From an uncultured Prevotellaceae bacterium (lineage in GTDB: Bacteria > Bacteroidota > Bacteroidia > Bacteroidales > Bacteroidaceae), in NCBI GenBank assembly GCA_902784755.1, contig CACZVX010000010.1:90-64089 (forward strand): DNA of 64,000 nucleotides, given 5' to 3'. Below the pieces are notes generated by a model that was given only the letters and a program-made list of their open reading frames with translations, was not told the DNA's origin and did no database searches. Shown one piece after another: positions 1 to 11,239 of this stretch (positions are counted from its first letter, which is position 1; each line of letters starts with the position of its first letter). The position numbers and the translations under genes are program-made.

Positions 1-1
1 G

Positions 2-1429
<1,428 letters not shown>

Positions 1430-1447
1430 AACATCATCTAATATAGA

Positions 1448-1487
1448 AGGGAATGCGCCAAAGCCGGCTCATTCCCTTCTTTTTTTA
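1448..1487 (+). terminator. Rho-independent terminator
   Basis: AAGGGAATG...CATTCCCTT stem followed by a T-run, just after the stop codon. Confidence 0.75.
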
Positions 1488-1501
1488 ATGCATCCGCCCC
1501 T

Positions 1502-1912
1502 ATGAAGACCGTCTATCCCACCAAAGTATCCATCACACTCATTTTGATTATCAGCCTCATCATGGGCTGCATCCTCATCTCGCTTGCAGTAAGCAGCAAG
1601 TGGATTCCATTTTTCATCAATCTGTTGCTTTACATCTCTTTGGTGTATCTGATGGTCAGCATCAAGTACGAAATCAACGAATCGCAACTCATCATTCACC
1701 AGGCAATGGGCAAGATGGTCATCGACATCAATACAATAAAGAGCATCGAGCCCACACATACCATCGTCAGCAGCCCGGCCGCTTCGCTCGACCGCCTACG
1801 CATCAGCTACAACAAATACGACGATGTCGTCATTTCACCCCGGAAGAAAGAAGAATTCATCCAACACTTACTTTCCATCAACCCGCAGATTGAGTTAGTG
1901 GAAAAGAAGTAA
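1502..1912 (+). CDS. Membrane-anchored bacterial PH-domain protein
   Basis: Two N-terminal TM segments; IDINTIKSI and SSPAASLDRLRISYNKYDDVVISP typical of the bPH_5-like family. Confidence 0.8.
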   Translation: MKTVYPTKVSITLILIISLIMGCILISLAVSSKWIPFFINLLLYISLVYLMVSIKYEINESQLIIHQAMGKMVIDINTIKSIEPTHTIVSSPAASLDRLRISYNKYDDVVISPRKKEEFIQHLLSINPQIELVEKK

Positions 1913-2053
1913 TCATGACCTCAGTGAGTTGCTCGTCATCACCGCCGTAACGGTCATCATCGCCAGAGGCAATGCCATCAATCAGGCTGGTATTTTTCTT
2001 ATCTTTTTTGCCTGTTCTACTTAACATCCAGTTCCATTTTGCGTATAATAGGT

Positions 2054-2554
2054 ATGATGACAGTTTCTGACTTTGAACATATCGCCATAAAGTTGCGTCC
2101 GCGTCTGCTAGATGTAGGACGCAGATTTTTCGGGGATAATGACATGGCAGAAGACATCGCCCAAGAAACGCTCATGCGGCTTTGGGTGATTCGCCAGCGG
2201 ATTGATATGCGCATAGGAACAGAAGCGTTAGCCATGAAAATGGCCAGAAACCTCTGTGTGAGTGAATGGCGACAACGTCAGAAACTCCAGATTGTGGAAA
2301 TCCAGCAGGAGACAGCTGAAAGCAAACAGGTTGACAGTCAGATGGTAACAGACGAATCCATCCTTCAGCTTCGAAGGGCGGTTGCTCAGTTAAAACCTGC
2401 AGAACGTCGTTTGTTTCGCATGCGGTACGAACTCGAGATGGACATCGCAGAAATCAATGCTGTCACGGGCATTACACCTCGAAGCATCAGCGTAATGCTG
2501 AGTGTTTCGAAACGAAAACTGAAAGAAATATTAATGACGAAAGGAGATAGATAA
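2054..2554 (+). CDS. ECF sigma-70 factor
   Basis: AEDIAQET..RLW region 2 and LKPAERRLFRMRY..EI region 4; ATG at 2054 chosen over the TTG. Confidence 0.88.
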   Translation: MMTVSDFEHIAIKLRPRLLDVGRRFFGDNDMAEDIAQETLMRLWVIRQRIDMRIGTEALAMKMARNLCVSEWRQRQKLQIVEIQQETAESKQVDSQMVTDESILQLRRAVAQLKPAERRLFRMRYELEMDIAEINAVTGITPRSISVMLSVSKRKLKEILMTKGDR

Positions 2555-3168
2555 TGAATGATTTGATTGATAAATTCTTGAATGAGCAGACAACTCCCGA
2601 AGAGGAGCATCGCCTTGCCAATATGTTACGGCAAGAAGCTGACATCGATGCCTGGATAGAAGAGGATGAAACAGACACCTATGAACGGATTGTGTCACAA
2701 CGTCATCGGCGAAGGTTTGCACGTTGGGCAGCCGCGGCTATATTGGTTATGGCGGTAGTGGCAGGAGCTACCCTATTGTGGCCTCAAGATATTGACGAAA
2801 GTTCTGTCACAAAGGTCTATCATACAAATCCTGCAGACGAAGAACCCGCTACAGATGCGATTATGCCAGATACCGTCCACAACGCAGAGCCTCAGCAGCC
2901 TGTCCGTATGACTAAAGCAACCTCACCAGTTGAAGAAAAGCCGTCACAGGTCAAAACGGTGGACAGTCTGCAAATCTATATTGCCCGTTTGGAGAAAGAG
3001 CTCGATGAAGTGAGTGATAGCGACTATGCAACGCAGGCAGAACAGATTATCAAGGCAGACGCGCGTCTGCAGCGTCTTGTCCAGCGCATCATGATCGGAG
3101 AAATCAATAAAGGAGAACAGTCTGCTGAAGTAGTGGACACGAAAGAAAAGAAGGAGGATGGACTATGA
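2554..3168 (+). CDS. Putative anti-sigma factor (single TM)
   Basis: LIDKFLNEQTTPEEE N-terminus and WAAAAILV TM; coupled to the ECF gene. Confidence 0.7.
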   Translation: MNDLIDKFLNEQTTPEEEHRLANMLRQEADIDAWIEEDETDTYERIVSQRHRRRFARWAAAAILVMAVVAGATLLWPQDIDESSVTKVYHTNPADEEPATDAIMPDTVHNAEPQQPVRMTKATSPVEEKPSQVKTVDSLQIYIARLEKELDEVSDSDYATQAEQIIKADARLQRLVQRIMIGEINKGEQSAEVVDTKEKKEDGL

Positions 3169-5435
3169 GATATTTACTGACTGTGTTCTGCTGGTTACTG
3201 GTATCAGTCACTGGATTAGCCCAACAGACAGACAACTATCGAGATCTGAGAGCCAAGATGCTCTATGTGAAAGAAAAATATACAGGCCATGCCACGTCCA
3301 ATAATCAGGCTGCTGCCTTGGTGATCCAAAAGCTGTGTAGTGATTTTCACGGTCGGCTGACAGTCCAACAATTCAAGAGCATCACCAGCGAAGTGGACGA
3401 AATGAAGGTCCTCACTACAGACACGGAACAGCGAATGCTCTTGGAGCGTGCTTTACAAGTGCTGAGAGAAAAAAGTGACAGTCTCGACATCGAGACGCGT
3501 ATTCTGGATTATTACGAGAAGGTACCACAAGAGAAAATCTATGTGCATACCGACAAGCCCTACTACGTTGCAGGAGATACACTCTGGTTCCGCGCCCATC
3601 TGGTGGATGCTGTAACACATACGCCCATCAGCCGCTCACGCTATATCAATATGGAACTGCTCGACAATGCTACAGATACGCTTGTGCAACGAGCTATCAT
3701 TAGATGTGATAGTGATGGGGTGTTTGCCAATGCACTCATCCTCCCAAGGAACTTGCATCGTGGAACCTATACGCTGGCGGCATATACACAATGGATGCGG
3801 AATTTCAGCGCAGAGCATTTCTTTTATAAACAGATTAGCGTTGTGGATAGTGGAGACGAAGTTTGGCTTGTACCGTCTGCTATTTCTCCAGAGTCAGGTA
3901 TGCCAGCAGACAGTCTGTTACAGGTGAACTGCCACAAGGACTATGTGCTTATTCAACCCAGGGCTCCCCAAGGGATGAGCAGAGACCAACTTTGTTGTGT
4001 GGTTTATGGCAGTGGGAATATCATTACAATAGAACAAATCCCGGCAAAACCTTTACGCATAGAGACAGCCAGCTTGAAAACGGGTAATGTCTGCGTGGTC
4101 TTGCTGGAACGCCAGTCTGGACATGTTCTTGCAGAGCGAACCGTTTTTGTTAACAACGGTCGCCATCCGGATATCAATATCACAAGTAAAACTGGCGAAC
4201 GAAATGAGCCAATTGAAATAAACATAGATGTAAAAAACGATGATGGCACTCCACTTTGTGGAAACTTCTCACTTTCAGTGACCGACTACGATGTCGTGAA
4301 GCGTGACACCTTGCAACCTGACATCGTTCAATATCTGCAGCACCAATCTGAAAATCCGACCCGATATCCCATCAATCGGATGTTGCAAAAACAATATGCT
4401 CATATCCGTTACAATTTCCAGACTTCCCAAACCATTTCGGGAAGAGTGAAAGGTACGCTGTTCAATGAGGTCAAACATCCCAAATTGATGTTGGTGCGTC
4501 CCGATACTGGGCAACGCAGCGTATATGAACTGGGAGACAGCTCACGATTCACACTGACGGGTCTTGATTTTGCGGACGGTACAACCTACCTGCTGGAAGG
4601 TATGCGGCAAAAAGGTTCTACACGTTCGGTCCAATTGGAGATATATCCATTAGATAACCCTGTGCTTCATATACCAGCCATTGAGAAGACGCAACGCATG
4701 CCGCTTCCAAAAGGGTTTGCAAAACAGGCTCAAGAGCAAGTGATGTATGGCAGCATTGACCACTATATTGAATTGCCCGATGTGATCAAAGAAGGTAAAC
4801 GGCTGCACAAACCCGTGAACCGAAAGAAAATAGAACCATACAAAGCCTTATATGCAGATAATTCAATGCTTAACAAGTATGCCACGATGGAAATCCTACT
4901 CGGTTATTTCGGAGTGAAAGCATATCGGGATGCAGATGGTAACTATGCCGTAAACAATCATTTGGTTCGTACACTCTCGGCTGCACCTCCAGTCGTCTAC
5001 ATCGATGATTTTCGTTCTGACTGGGAAGAACTGATGTCGCTACAGCCCTACAACATAGAGTCGATAGAGGTGTTCAAGGGTGGCGACTCACGCCTGACGG
5101 TTTTCGATATGAATGCTCCAGCTTGCGGTTTGATACAAGTCCATTTGAAGGCTGCCTACCATTTCAACGGCAAACCACTCTCTATGGCCACCATCAAACA
5201 GCAAGGATGGAAACCAGAGATGAATTTCTTTTCCCCACAATACACAAGAAACGGCAGCCCTACCCGACCAGACCACCGTACCACGCTCTATTGGAACCCC
5301 AAAGTCTGCACCGACAGCTCCGGCAAAGCATCCATCAAATTCTATGCCTCAGACTTATCTAAACGCTACCTTATCACATTGGAGGGTGTGGCCCCTAATG
5401 GGACTATTTTGAGGAAACAGGTCGTTGCATATTAA
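3165..5435 (+). CDS. Secreted MG2/TonB-plug-like domain protein
   Basis: Signal peptide; EKIYVHTDKPYYVAGDTLWF; IESIEVFKG; DHRTTLYWNP C-terminal motif. Confidence 0.8.
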   Translation: MRYLLTVFCWLLVSVTGLAQQTDNYRDLRAKMLYVKEKYTGHATSNNQAAALVIQKLCSDFHGRLTVQQFKSITSEVDEMKVLTTDTEQRMLLERALQVLREKSDSLDIETRILDYYEKVPQEKIYVHTDKPYYVAGDTLWFRAHLVDAVTHTPISRSRYINMELLDNATDTLVQRAIIRCDSDGVFANALILPRNLHRGTYTLAAYTQWMRNFSAEHFFYKQISVVDSGDEVWLVPSAISPESGMPADSLLQVNCHKDYVLIQPRAPQGMSRDQLCCVVYGSGNIITIEQIPAKPLRIETASLKTGNVCVVLLERQSGHVLAERTVFVNNGRHPDINITSKTGERNEPIEINIDVKNDDGTPLCGNFSLSVTDYDVVKRDTLQPDIVQYLQHQSENPTRYPINRMLQKQYAHIRYNFQTSQTISGRVKGTLFNEVKHPKLMLVRPDTGQRSVYELGDSSRFTLTGLDFADGTTYLLEGMRQKGSTRSVQLEIYPLDNPVLHIPAIEKTQRMPLPKGFAKQAQEQVMYGSIDHYIELPDVIKEGKRLHKPVNRKKIEPYKALYADNSMLNKYATMEILLGYFGVKAYRDADGNYAVNNHLVRTLSAAPPVVYIDDFRSDWEELMSLQPYNIESIEVFKGGDSRLTVFDMNAPACGLIQVHLKAAYHFNGKPLSMATIKQQGWKPEMNFFSPQYTRNGSPTRPDHRTTLYWNPKVCTDSSGKASIKFYASDLSKRYLITLEGVAPNGTILRKQVVAY

Positions 5436-5466
5436 ATCAACAGAGGATAATGTCTCCCACAAGGTA

Positions 5467-6036
5467 TTAATCTCTCAACTTGATCTCACAGTTATCCAAA
5501 CTTTCCACCGTGGCCAAAGCCTCATAACAGATACCCTGTGAACGGAGGAAATCACCGCCGTGCTGGAAAGCCTTCTCGATGATGAAGCCCATCCCCTCGA
5601 TGGTGGCTCCGGCCTGCCGGCAAAGGTCTATCACACCCTTGGCGGCATTGCCGTATGCAAGGAAGTCGTCGATAAACAGCACGTGGTCGTCTTTCATCAG
5701 ATAGTCCGCAGAAATACACACCGAATAGTCGCGGTCCTTGGTAAACGAATGAACCGTCGTGGCCAGCATCTTGTCCATCGTCTTGGGCTGTTTCTTCTTG
5801 ACAAACACCACGGGCAGATGCATCAGGTAGCCCACAAAGATGGCAGGAGCAATTCCCGATGCCTCGATCGTAACCACCTTGTTGATGGGTTTATCCTTGA
5901 AAAGACGGATAAACTCCTTGGCAATCTCCATCATCAGGTCGGAGTCCATCTGATGATTGATAAAACTGTCCACTTTCAAGATGCCGCCGGGATAGCACTT
6001 GCCATCCTGCATGATACGCGCTTTCAATAATTCCAT
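5467..6036 (-). CDS. xpt: Xanthine phosphoribosyltransferase
   Basis: [34 protein letters not shown] (PRPP-binding), IEKAFQHG. Confidence 0.95.
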   Translation of the reverse strand: MELLKARIMQDGKCYPGGILKVDSFINHQMDSDLMMEIAKEFIRLFKDKPINKVVTIEASGIAPAIFVGYLMHLPVVFVKKKQPKTMDKMLATTVHSFTKDRDYSVCISADYLMKDDHVLFIDDFLAYGNAAKGVIDLCRQAGATIEGMGFIIEKAFQHGGDFLRSQGICYEALATVESLDNCEIKLRD

Positions 6037-6138
6037 GACTGTCTGCTTAAATGATACTGCAAAATTAATCATAAAAATCCAAAACGCTTGTCTTTATTCG
6101 AGAAAAATCCATATCTTTGCGCACAAATACAATCTGTT

Positions 6139-7359
6139 ATGACAAAAAAGACTTTTATCATCCATATCCTGATGCTGCTTGTCGGTATGTCTATGGCCGC
6201 ACAAACAAAGTCGGGACTTTCGCCGGAGGCTTTCGTGGCAGACATCAACGGCAAGCAGACCGCCCTTTACACCATTACCAATCCCAACGGCATGGAAGCC
6301 TGCATCACCAACTTCGGCGCACGGCTCGTCTCGCTGATGGCTCCCGGAAAGCGGGGAATGGAGGATGTGGTGCTGGGATTTGACAACATCAACGACTACA
6401 TATCGCTGAAACAGAACTTCGGAGCCACCGTGGGCCGATATATCGGACGGATAAAAGGAGCACGCTTCGTGCTCGACGGCAAGGAACACCAGCTGCAAGG
6501 CTTCGGCAAGGGCAATATCTCACACGGCGGCAAGCCCGGCTTTGCCAATGTGGTTTGGGACGTGGTCAGCAAGACAGACTCTTCACTCACCCTTCGCTAT
6601 CTCTCGCCCGACGGCGAAGCTGGCTTCCCGGGCAACCTCACGGTAACCCTTACCTATACTTTAACAGCAGCAAACACCCTTAAAATAGATTACGAAGCCA
6701 CCACCGACAAGCCTACGGTGCTGAACATTTCCAACCATTCGTTCTTCAATATTTCAGGTCATCCCGAGAAAGACATTCTTCACGAAGAACTGATGGTGAA
6801 CAGCAAGAAGATTGCCACCTTCGATGCTCAGAAGAACCTCGACGGCGGTTTCCGCAAGGTGAAAGGCACGCCCTTCGATTTCCGCAAACCGAAAGCCATC
6901 GGACAGGACATTGACAAAGACGATGAACAGCTGACAATAACCAAAGGCTACGACCACTCCTTCGTCCTGAAAAACCGAAAAGGCGAACTCCTGTTGCAAG
7001 CCTCACTCGTAGACCAGAAGGCTGGACGCCAGATGATTGTCTATACCACCGAGCCCGCGCTCCATATCTATACAGCCAACGGACTGAAAGGCAACCAAAA
7101 GGGCAAACGGGGCATTGCCTATCCCTGCCGTTCGGCCATCTGTTTCGAAGCCATGCACCTGGCCGACAGTCCCAATCATCCGGAATTCCCTTCCACCGTG
7201 CTCCGTCCGGGCGAGACATGGCATTCCACCACCGTTTATCAGTTCACGACTTCGACAAGACAGCCAACTACCTGTCTGACGGGCCCTGTTACTGTTTTCG
7301 GCCTCGGCATCGGGCTTGCCGGATTGCTTGTTGCAGGTATTGTTTCGCTAATAAAATAG
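6139..7359 (+). CDS. galM: Aldose 1-epimerase (galactose mutarotase) with signal peptide and an atypical hydrophobic C-tail
   Basis: GATVGRYIGRI, HGG, GFPGNL, NHSFFN, GYDH and ICFE motifs. Confidence 0.9.
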   Translation: MTKKTFIIHILMLLVGMSMAAQTKSGLSPEAFVADINGKQTALYTITNPNGMEACITNFGARLVSLMAPGKRGMEDVVLGFDNINDYISLKQNFGATVGRYIGRIKGARFVLDGKEHQLQGFGKGNISHGGKPGFANVVWDVVSKTDSSLTLRYLSPDGEAGFPGNLTVTLTYTLTAANTLKIDYEATTDKPTVLNISNHSFFNISGHPEKDILHEELMVNSKKIATFDAQKNLDGGFRKVKGTPFDFRKPKAIGQDIDKDDEQLTITKGYDHSFVLKNRKGELLLQASLVDQKAGRQMIVYTTEPALHIYTANGLKGNQKGKRGIAYPCRSAICFEAMHLADSPNHPEFPSTVLRPGETWHSTTVYQFTTSTRQPTTCLTGPVTVFGLGIGLAGLLVAGIVSLIK

Positions 7360-7363
7360 AGTC

Positions 7364-7702
7364 ATGAAGGACTACGTCGACAAGATGAATGCCGCGGAGG
7401 CGCGAATGTTCCGCGAGGCGGTGGTGAATATCGTAGGTCAGATTCCCTGCGGAAAGGTCACCACCTATGGGTATATTGCGACGTTAGCTGGATGGCCAAG
7501 TCATTCGCGGATGGTAGGCCGTACACTCCGTTATACGCCCGAATGTGCATCCCTACCCTGCCACCGTGTAGTGAATGCTGTAGGCCGAACGGCTCCCGGA
7601 TGGTTGAAGCAGCGCGAACTGTTAGAAGCCGAAGGCGTAACATTCAAGCCAAACAGTCATGTCGACATGAAACGTCACCTCTGGGAACCCAAGTTCCAAT
7701 AA
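7364..7702 (+). CDS. MGMT/ATL family alkylated-DNA binding protein
   Basis: IPCGKVTTYG, RMVG, LPCHRVV, LEAEGV. Confidence 0.9.
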   Translation: MKDYVDKMNAAEARMFREAVVNIVGQIPCGKVTTYGYIATLAGWPSHSRMVGRTLRYTPECASLPCHRVVNAVGRTAPGWLKQRELLEAEGVTFKPNSHVDMKRHLWEPKFQ

Positions 7703-7715
7703 CTTATTACTAATA

Positions 7716-7750
7716 ACTCCCTCCTTCATAGGGAGGGCTGGGGTGGGTCT
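7716..7750. repeat. BoxC-like palindromic repeat
   Basis: CTCCCCTCC-TTCATA-GGGAGGGCTGGGGTGGG resembles the copies at 30551-30616 and 31324-31390. Confidence 0.55.
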
Positions 7751-7764
7751 GTAGTCCAGGGGGT

Positions 7765-8316
7765 TCATTTTCCTATTTCATACACTAGTTCTTTCAGTTG
7801 CTGATGACGGGCATCATGCGCATCATGCGCCAAAGCAGCCCTTAGAATCGGCACACACTTGAGCGCCATCTCTGGCGTGGGCATCTGTTTCAGTTCGTAA
7901 ATCACGCAGTCTAGCAGTCGCTGCGCCGTGGAAGGAAAGGTCCGGTCTTCATTCTTTTCTTCCATCCAGTCGGCAGGAGAAAGCGTGTCGAAGCCCCAAT
8001 TCGACAGAAAATCTATCATGGTGAATTCCCCTTTCAGTACATTCTTTAATCGCAAGGCATGACGCAATATCGTAGAGTTCCCCCGCCGGTCCTGGTCATC
8101 CAGATTAGGATACAGCCTACACAATGCCTTGAAAATCTTCACCGCTTCCTCCGTCCGGTTCTGCGAAACGCGCAATTTAAACATATCGCTCGCTGTCCAG
8201 AACATCGCAATCGTGGTGTAATGTCCCTGATGCGCGGCATACATCGGTCGGATAGCCTCATAGGCTTCCTCTATCCTACCCTGCTTACGCAGCTCAAACA
8301 CATCTCTTACTTCCAT
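7765..8316 (-). CDS. Hypothetical all-helical (TPR-like) protein
   Basis: 183-aa ORF starting MEVRDVFELRKQGRIEEAY; TATCTTTG -7 box upstream. Confidence 0.7.
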   Translation of the reverse strand: MEVRDVFELRKQGRIEEAYEAIRPMYAAHQGHYTTIAMFWTASDMFKLRVSQNRTEEAVKIFKALCRLYPNLDDQDRRGNSTILRHALRLKNVLKGEFTMIDFLSNWGFDTLSPADWMEEKNEDRTFPSTAQRLLDCVIYELKQMPTPEMALKCVPILRAALAHDAHDARHQQLKELVYEIGK

Positions 8317-8406
8317 CAGCACTTGTTTTTATATTTTCTGCAAAGATAATAAAAATGTATACAGGGAATGTGGAAATTTAAGAAAAAAAAAGAAGAACCT
8401 GATCAC

Positions 8407-8442
8407 AAAAAAGTCGGGCAGAACGAATGTCCTGCCCGACTT
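8407..8442 (-). terminator. Rho-independent terminator of the small ORF
   Basis: AAGTCGGGCAG...CTGCCCGACTT stem with a T-run on the minus strand. Confidence 0.75.
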
Positions 8443-8474
8443 GGATGATATACTTGTTATCAAACTTTTCTTTC

Positions 8475-8570
8475 TTAGGCTGCATACTCAGCAGCATAGA
8501 GGCGAATGAAATTCTCGCAATACTCATTAAAAGCTTTCATTCCTAACATCTTAATCATCAATTTTTTCAT
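8475..8570 (-). CDS. 31-aa small protein MKKLMIKMLGMKAFNEYCENFIRLYAAEYAA
   Basis: ATG..TAA with an A-rich initiation region, TACCTTTG promoter (8673-8680) and own terminator; below the ORF-track cutoff. Confidence 0.6.
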   Translation of the reverse strand: MKKLMIKMLGMKAFNEYCENFIRLYAAEYAA

Positions 8571-8847
8571 CTTTTGTTTCCTTTCTTTTCTTTAATACAA
8601 CAATCTTTTTACTTACATCTTTCAAAACCTTTCACTAAAGGTCTCAATCACATCTATCTTAATATTGGAATGCAAAGGTAAGCAAATCAATCAACTTGCA
8701 CAAGTATTCAGACCCGTCAAACGAGGAAAGCGCCCTATTTTTTGATTTACGTCAAATCTTACAAATCAACACTTATTGCCAGTAAATATTTTCAATTATG
8801 ACAGAAAAACATTATCTTTGCAGAAACAATAATAAAGTTCTACTATT

Positions 8848-9432
8848 ATGAAACCTTTCGAACTCATCACACTTCCCTTTGCTCCTGAAGTACTGGAACC
8901 AGTTATCAGCCGCGAAACCATTGCGTTACATCACGGCAAACATTTGCAAACCTACGTGAATAACCTCAACAATCTGCTTTCTGGAAGCGGATTGGAAGAC
9001 CTCTCCTTAGAGGAAATCGTCAAAAAATCAGAAGGAGGCATTTTTAATAATGCCGGACAGATTCTTAACCACAACCTTTACTTCCTGGCTCTCCAAGCAC
9101 CTCAAACTGACAATGTGCCTAAAGGGGCATTGGCCGAGGCCATCAATCAACAGTTTGGTTCCTTCGATGAATTCAAGAAAGAGTTTACGCAAAAGGGTAC
9201 TACGCTCTTCGGTTCGGGCTGGGTTTGGCTCTCAAAGGATCAAGACGGGAAGTTAATCATCACACAGGAAGGCAATGCCCAGAATCCTGTCACGCGCGGG
9301 TTCACTCCCCTGCTCACCTTCGATGTTTGGGAACATGCTTACTATGTGGACTATCAGAACCGCCGTGCAGATCATTTAGCTGCAATGTGGCAAATCGTTA
9401 ATTGGGATGTCGTAGAACAACGCTATTTGTAA
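8848..9432 (+). CDS. sod: Fe/Mn superoxide dismutase
   Basis: HHGKHLQTYV, NHNLYF, FGSGWVWL, DVWEHAYY. Confidence 0.97.
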   Translation: MKPFELITLPFAPEVLEPVISRETIALHHGKHLQTYVNNLNNLLSGSGLEDLSLEEIVKKSEGGIFNNAGQILNHNLYFLALQAPQTDNVPKGALAEAINQQFGSFDEFKKEFTQKGTTLFGSGWVWLSKDQDGKLIITQEGNAQNPVTRGFTPLLTFDVWEHAYYVDYQNRRADHLAAMWQIVNWDVVEQRYL

Positions 9433-9433
9433 A

Positions 9434-10165
9434 ATGGAATCAGGACGTGCCATTATCATGGGAGCCTCATCAGGTATGGGGTTCCGCATCGCCGAACTCC
9501 TTTTGGAAAAGGGATGGAAACTTGGCGTGGCAGCCCGCAGGGAAGAACTGCTGCAGCCTTTGAAGAACACTTTTCCCAATCAAGTCATCACGGCACGCAT
9601 TGATGTTAACGATGTTGAAGCTGACAAACAACTGCTCCAACTGACGGAACAAATGGGGGGCATTGACCTTTATCTTCATGTTTCTGGAATAGGGAAACAA
9701 AATATGGAACTTCAACCTGAGATAGAACTCGGCACCGTCGAGACCAATGGTTTGGGATTCACCCGCTGCATTACTGCCATCTATAACTATATGGCCAGTC
9801 ACGGGGGTGGACAAATAGCGGCTATTAGCAGTATAGCGGGAACAAAGGGACTTGGTGCAGCACCCTCCTACAGTGCCACGAAAGCTTTCCAAAACACTTA
9901 TTTGGAAGCTCTCGAACAGCAGGCTCACATGCGCCATCTGAATATCCGCATTACCGATATCCGTCCAGGATTCGTTGCCACGCCCTTACTTGGTGAACAG
10001 CCAAACTATCCTATGCTCATGGATACCAACGCCGCTGCCTCGGAAATTGTCCGTTATGTGCTTCGGAAAAGTCATGTCCATGTTTTAGATTGGCGCTACC
10101 GTATCCTCACATTTTTCTGGAGCCTATGCCCCCGTTGTCTCTGGCGCCGCCTTCCCATCCGTTAA
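9434..10165 (+). CDS. SDR family oxidoreductase
   Basis: GASSGMG Rossmann motif; YSATK catalytic YxxxK. Confidence 0.92.
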   Translation: MESGRAIIMGASSGMGFRIAELLLEKGWKLGVAARREELLQPLKNTFPNQVITARIDVNDVEADKQLLQLTEQMGGIDLYLHVSGIGKQNMELQPEIELGTVETNGLGFTRCITAIYNYMASHGGGQIAAISSIAGTKGLGAAPSYSATKAFQNTYLEALEQQAHMRHLNIRITDIRPGFVATPLLGEQPNYPMLMDTNAAASEIVRYVLRKSHVHVLDWRYRILTFFWSLCPRCLWRRLPIR

Positions 10166-10223
10166 TTCTCGATTTGTTTGTCGATTTTCCGCTATACGAA
10201 AATTATTCACTCTTCACTTAAAT

Positions 10224-10667
10224 ATGACTCTCTACATCGCGTCCTCTTGGCGCAACACCTATTATCCGGAAGTCGTCAACCATCTGCGTAAAGCTGGCTT
10301 TGACGTGTACGATTTCCGTAACCCTCCTTCAGGTGATCCTGGTTTCAAGTGGCATCTTGTCGGAGAAGACTGGCTTCAATGGAGTCCTGCTGAATACCGT
10401 GAAAAACTTCACCATCCTCTGGCCGAACACCAATTCCAAAACGACATAGAAGCTCTTCGTCGTTGTGACGCCTGTGTGCTCGTTTTGCCATGTGGCCGTT
10501 CAGCCCATACGGAAGCTGGGTGGTTTGCAGGCGCTGGCAAACCTGTTGTGGCCTATCTGCCAGAAAAAGTGGAACCCGAACTCATGTACAAACTCTTCAC
10601 TGCTGTCTGTTGCAGTCTCGATGAGGTCGTACAGACACTCACCGAAAAAACCTCGACAACACCGTAA
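10224..10667 (+). CDS. Nucleoside 2-deoxyribosyltransferase-like protein
   Basis: LYIASSW, D..AL..CDACVL, GRSAHTEAGW..G.GKPV. Confidence 0.7.
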   Translation: MTLYIASSWRNTYYPEVVNHLRKAGFDVYDFRNPPSGDPGFKWHLVGEDWLQWSPAEYREKLHHPLAEHQFQNDIEALRRCDACVLVLPCGRSAHTEAGWFAGAGKPVVAYLPEKVEPELMYKLFTAVCCSLDEVVQTLTEKTSTTP

Positions 10668-10688
10668 GATAATTCTCAAACAGGCTGT

Positions 10689-11102
10689 TCATTCACCGAT
10701 AATCGTGCAGACAAGCGTTCTGGAGCCTCCATAATTGCGATGCTCACAGAGATAAATGCCTTGCCATGTGCCTAGGTTCAGTTTACCACGTGTGATGGGA
10801 ATCGTGAGTGAAACGCCTAATATAGAAGATTTGGCATGGGCTGGCATGTCATCGCTGCCTTCCAGCGTATGTTCATAATAAGGCTGGTTTTCGGGTACCA
10901 GATGATTGAAAATGCGTTCCATATCCCCACGCACATCTGGATCATAGTTCTCATTAATGGATAGCGAACAACTGGTGTGCTTGACAAAAATGTGAAGGAT
11001 ACCCGTTTGTGGCAGTTGGGGCAGATGGCTGAGCACTTCACTGGTGATCAAATGAAAACCACGTGGCTTTGCGGTTAATCCGAATGTAATCTGTTGTATC
11101 AT
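10689..11102 (-). CDS. yjbQ: YjbQ/UPF0047 family protein
   Basis: HTSCSLSINEN, EGSDDMPAHAKS, LGTWQGIYLCEHR. Confidence 0.93.
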   Translation of the reverse strand: MIQQITFGLTAKPRGFHLITSEVLSHLPQLPQTGILHIFVKHTSCSLSINENYDPDVRGDMERIFNHLVPENQPYYEHTLEGSDDMPAHAKSSILGVSLTIPITRGKLNLGTWQGIYLCEHRNYGGSRTLVCTIIGE

Positions 11103-11239
11103 ATCTTGCAAAATTATATTATTTCTTTGAAAAGGAAAAGTTTTTACGAATATTTTCTTATTTTTGCAGAAAAATAGGGCGGATTGTTTTCTCGTGGAAT
11201 CATCCGCTGAAGTCATCAATCAACTATTTTATAAAGATA

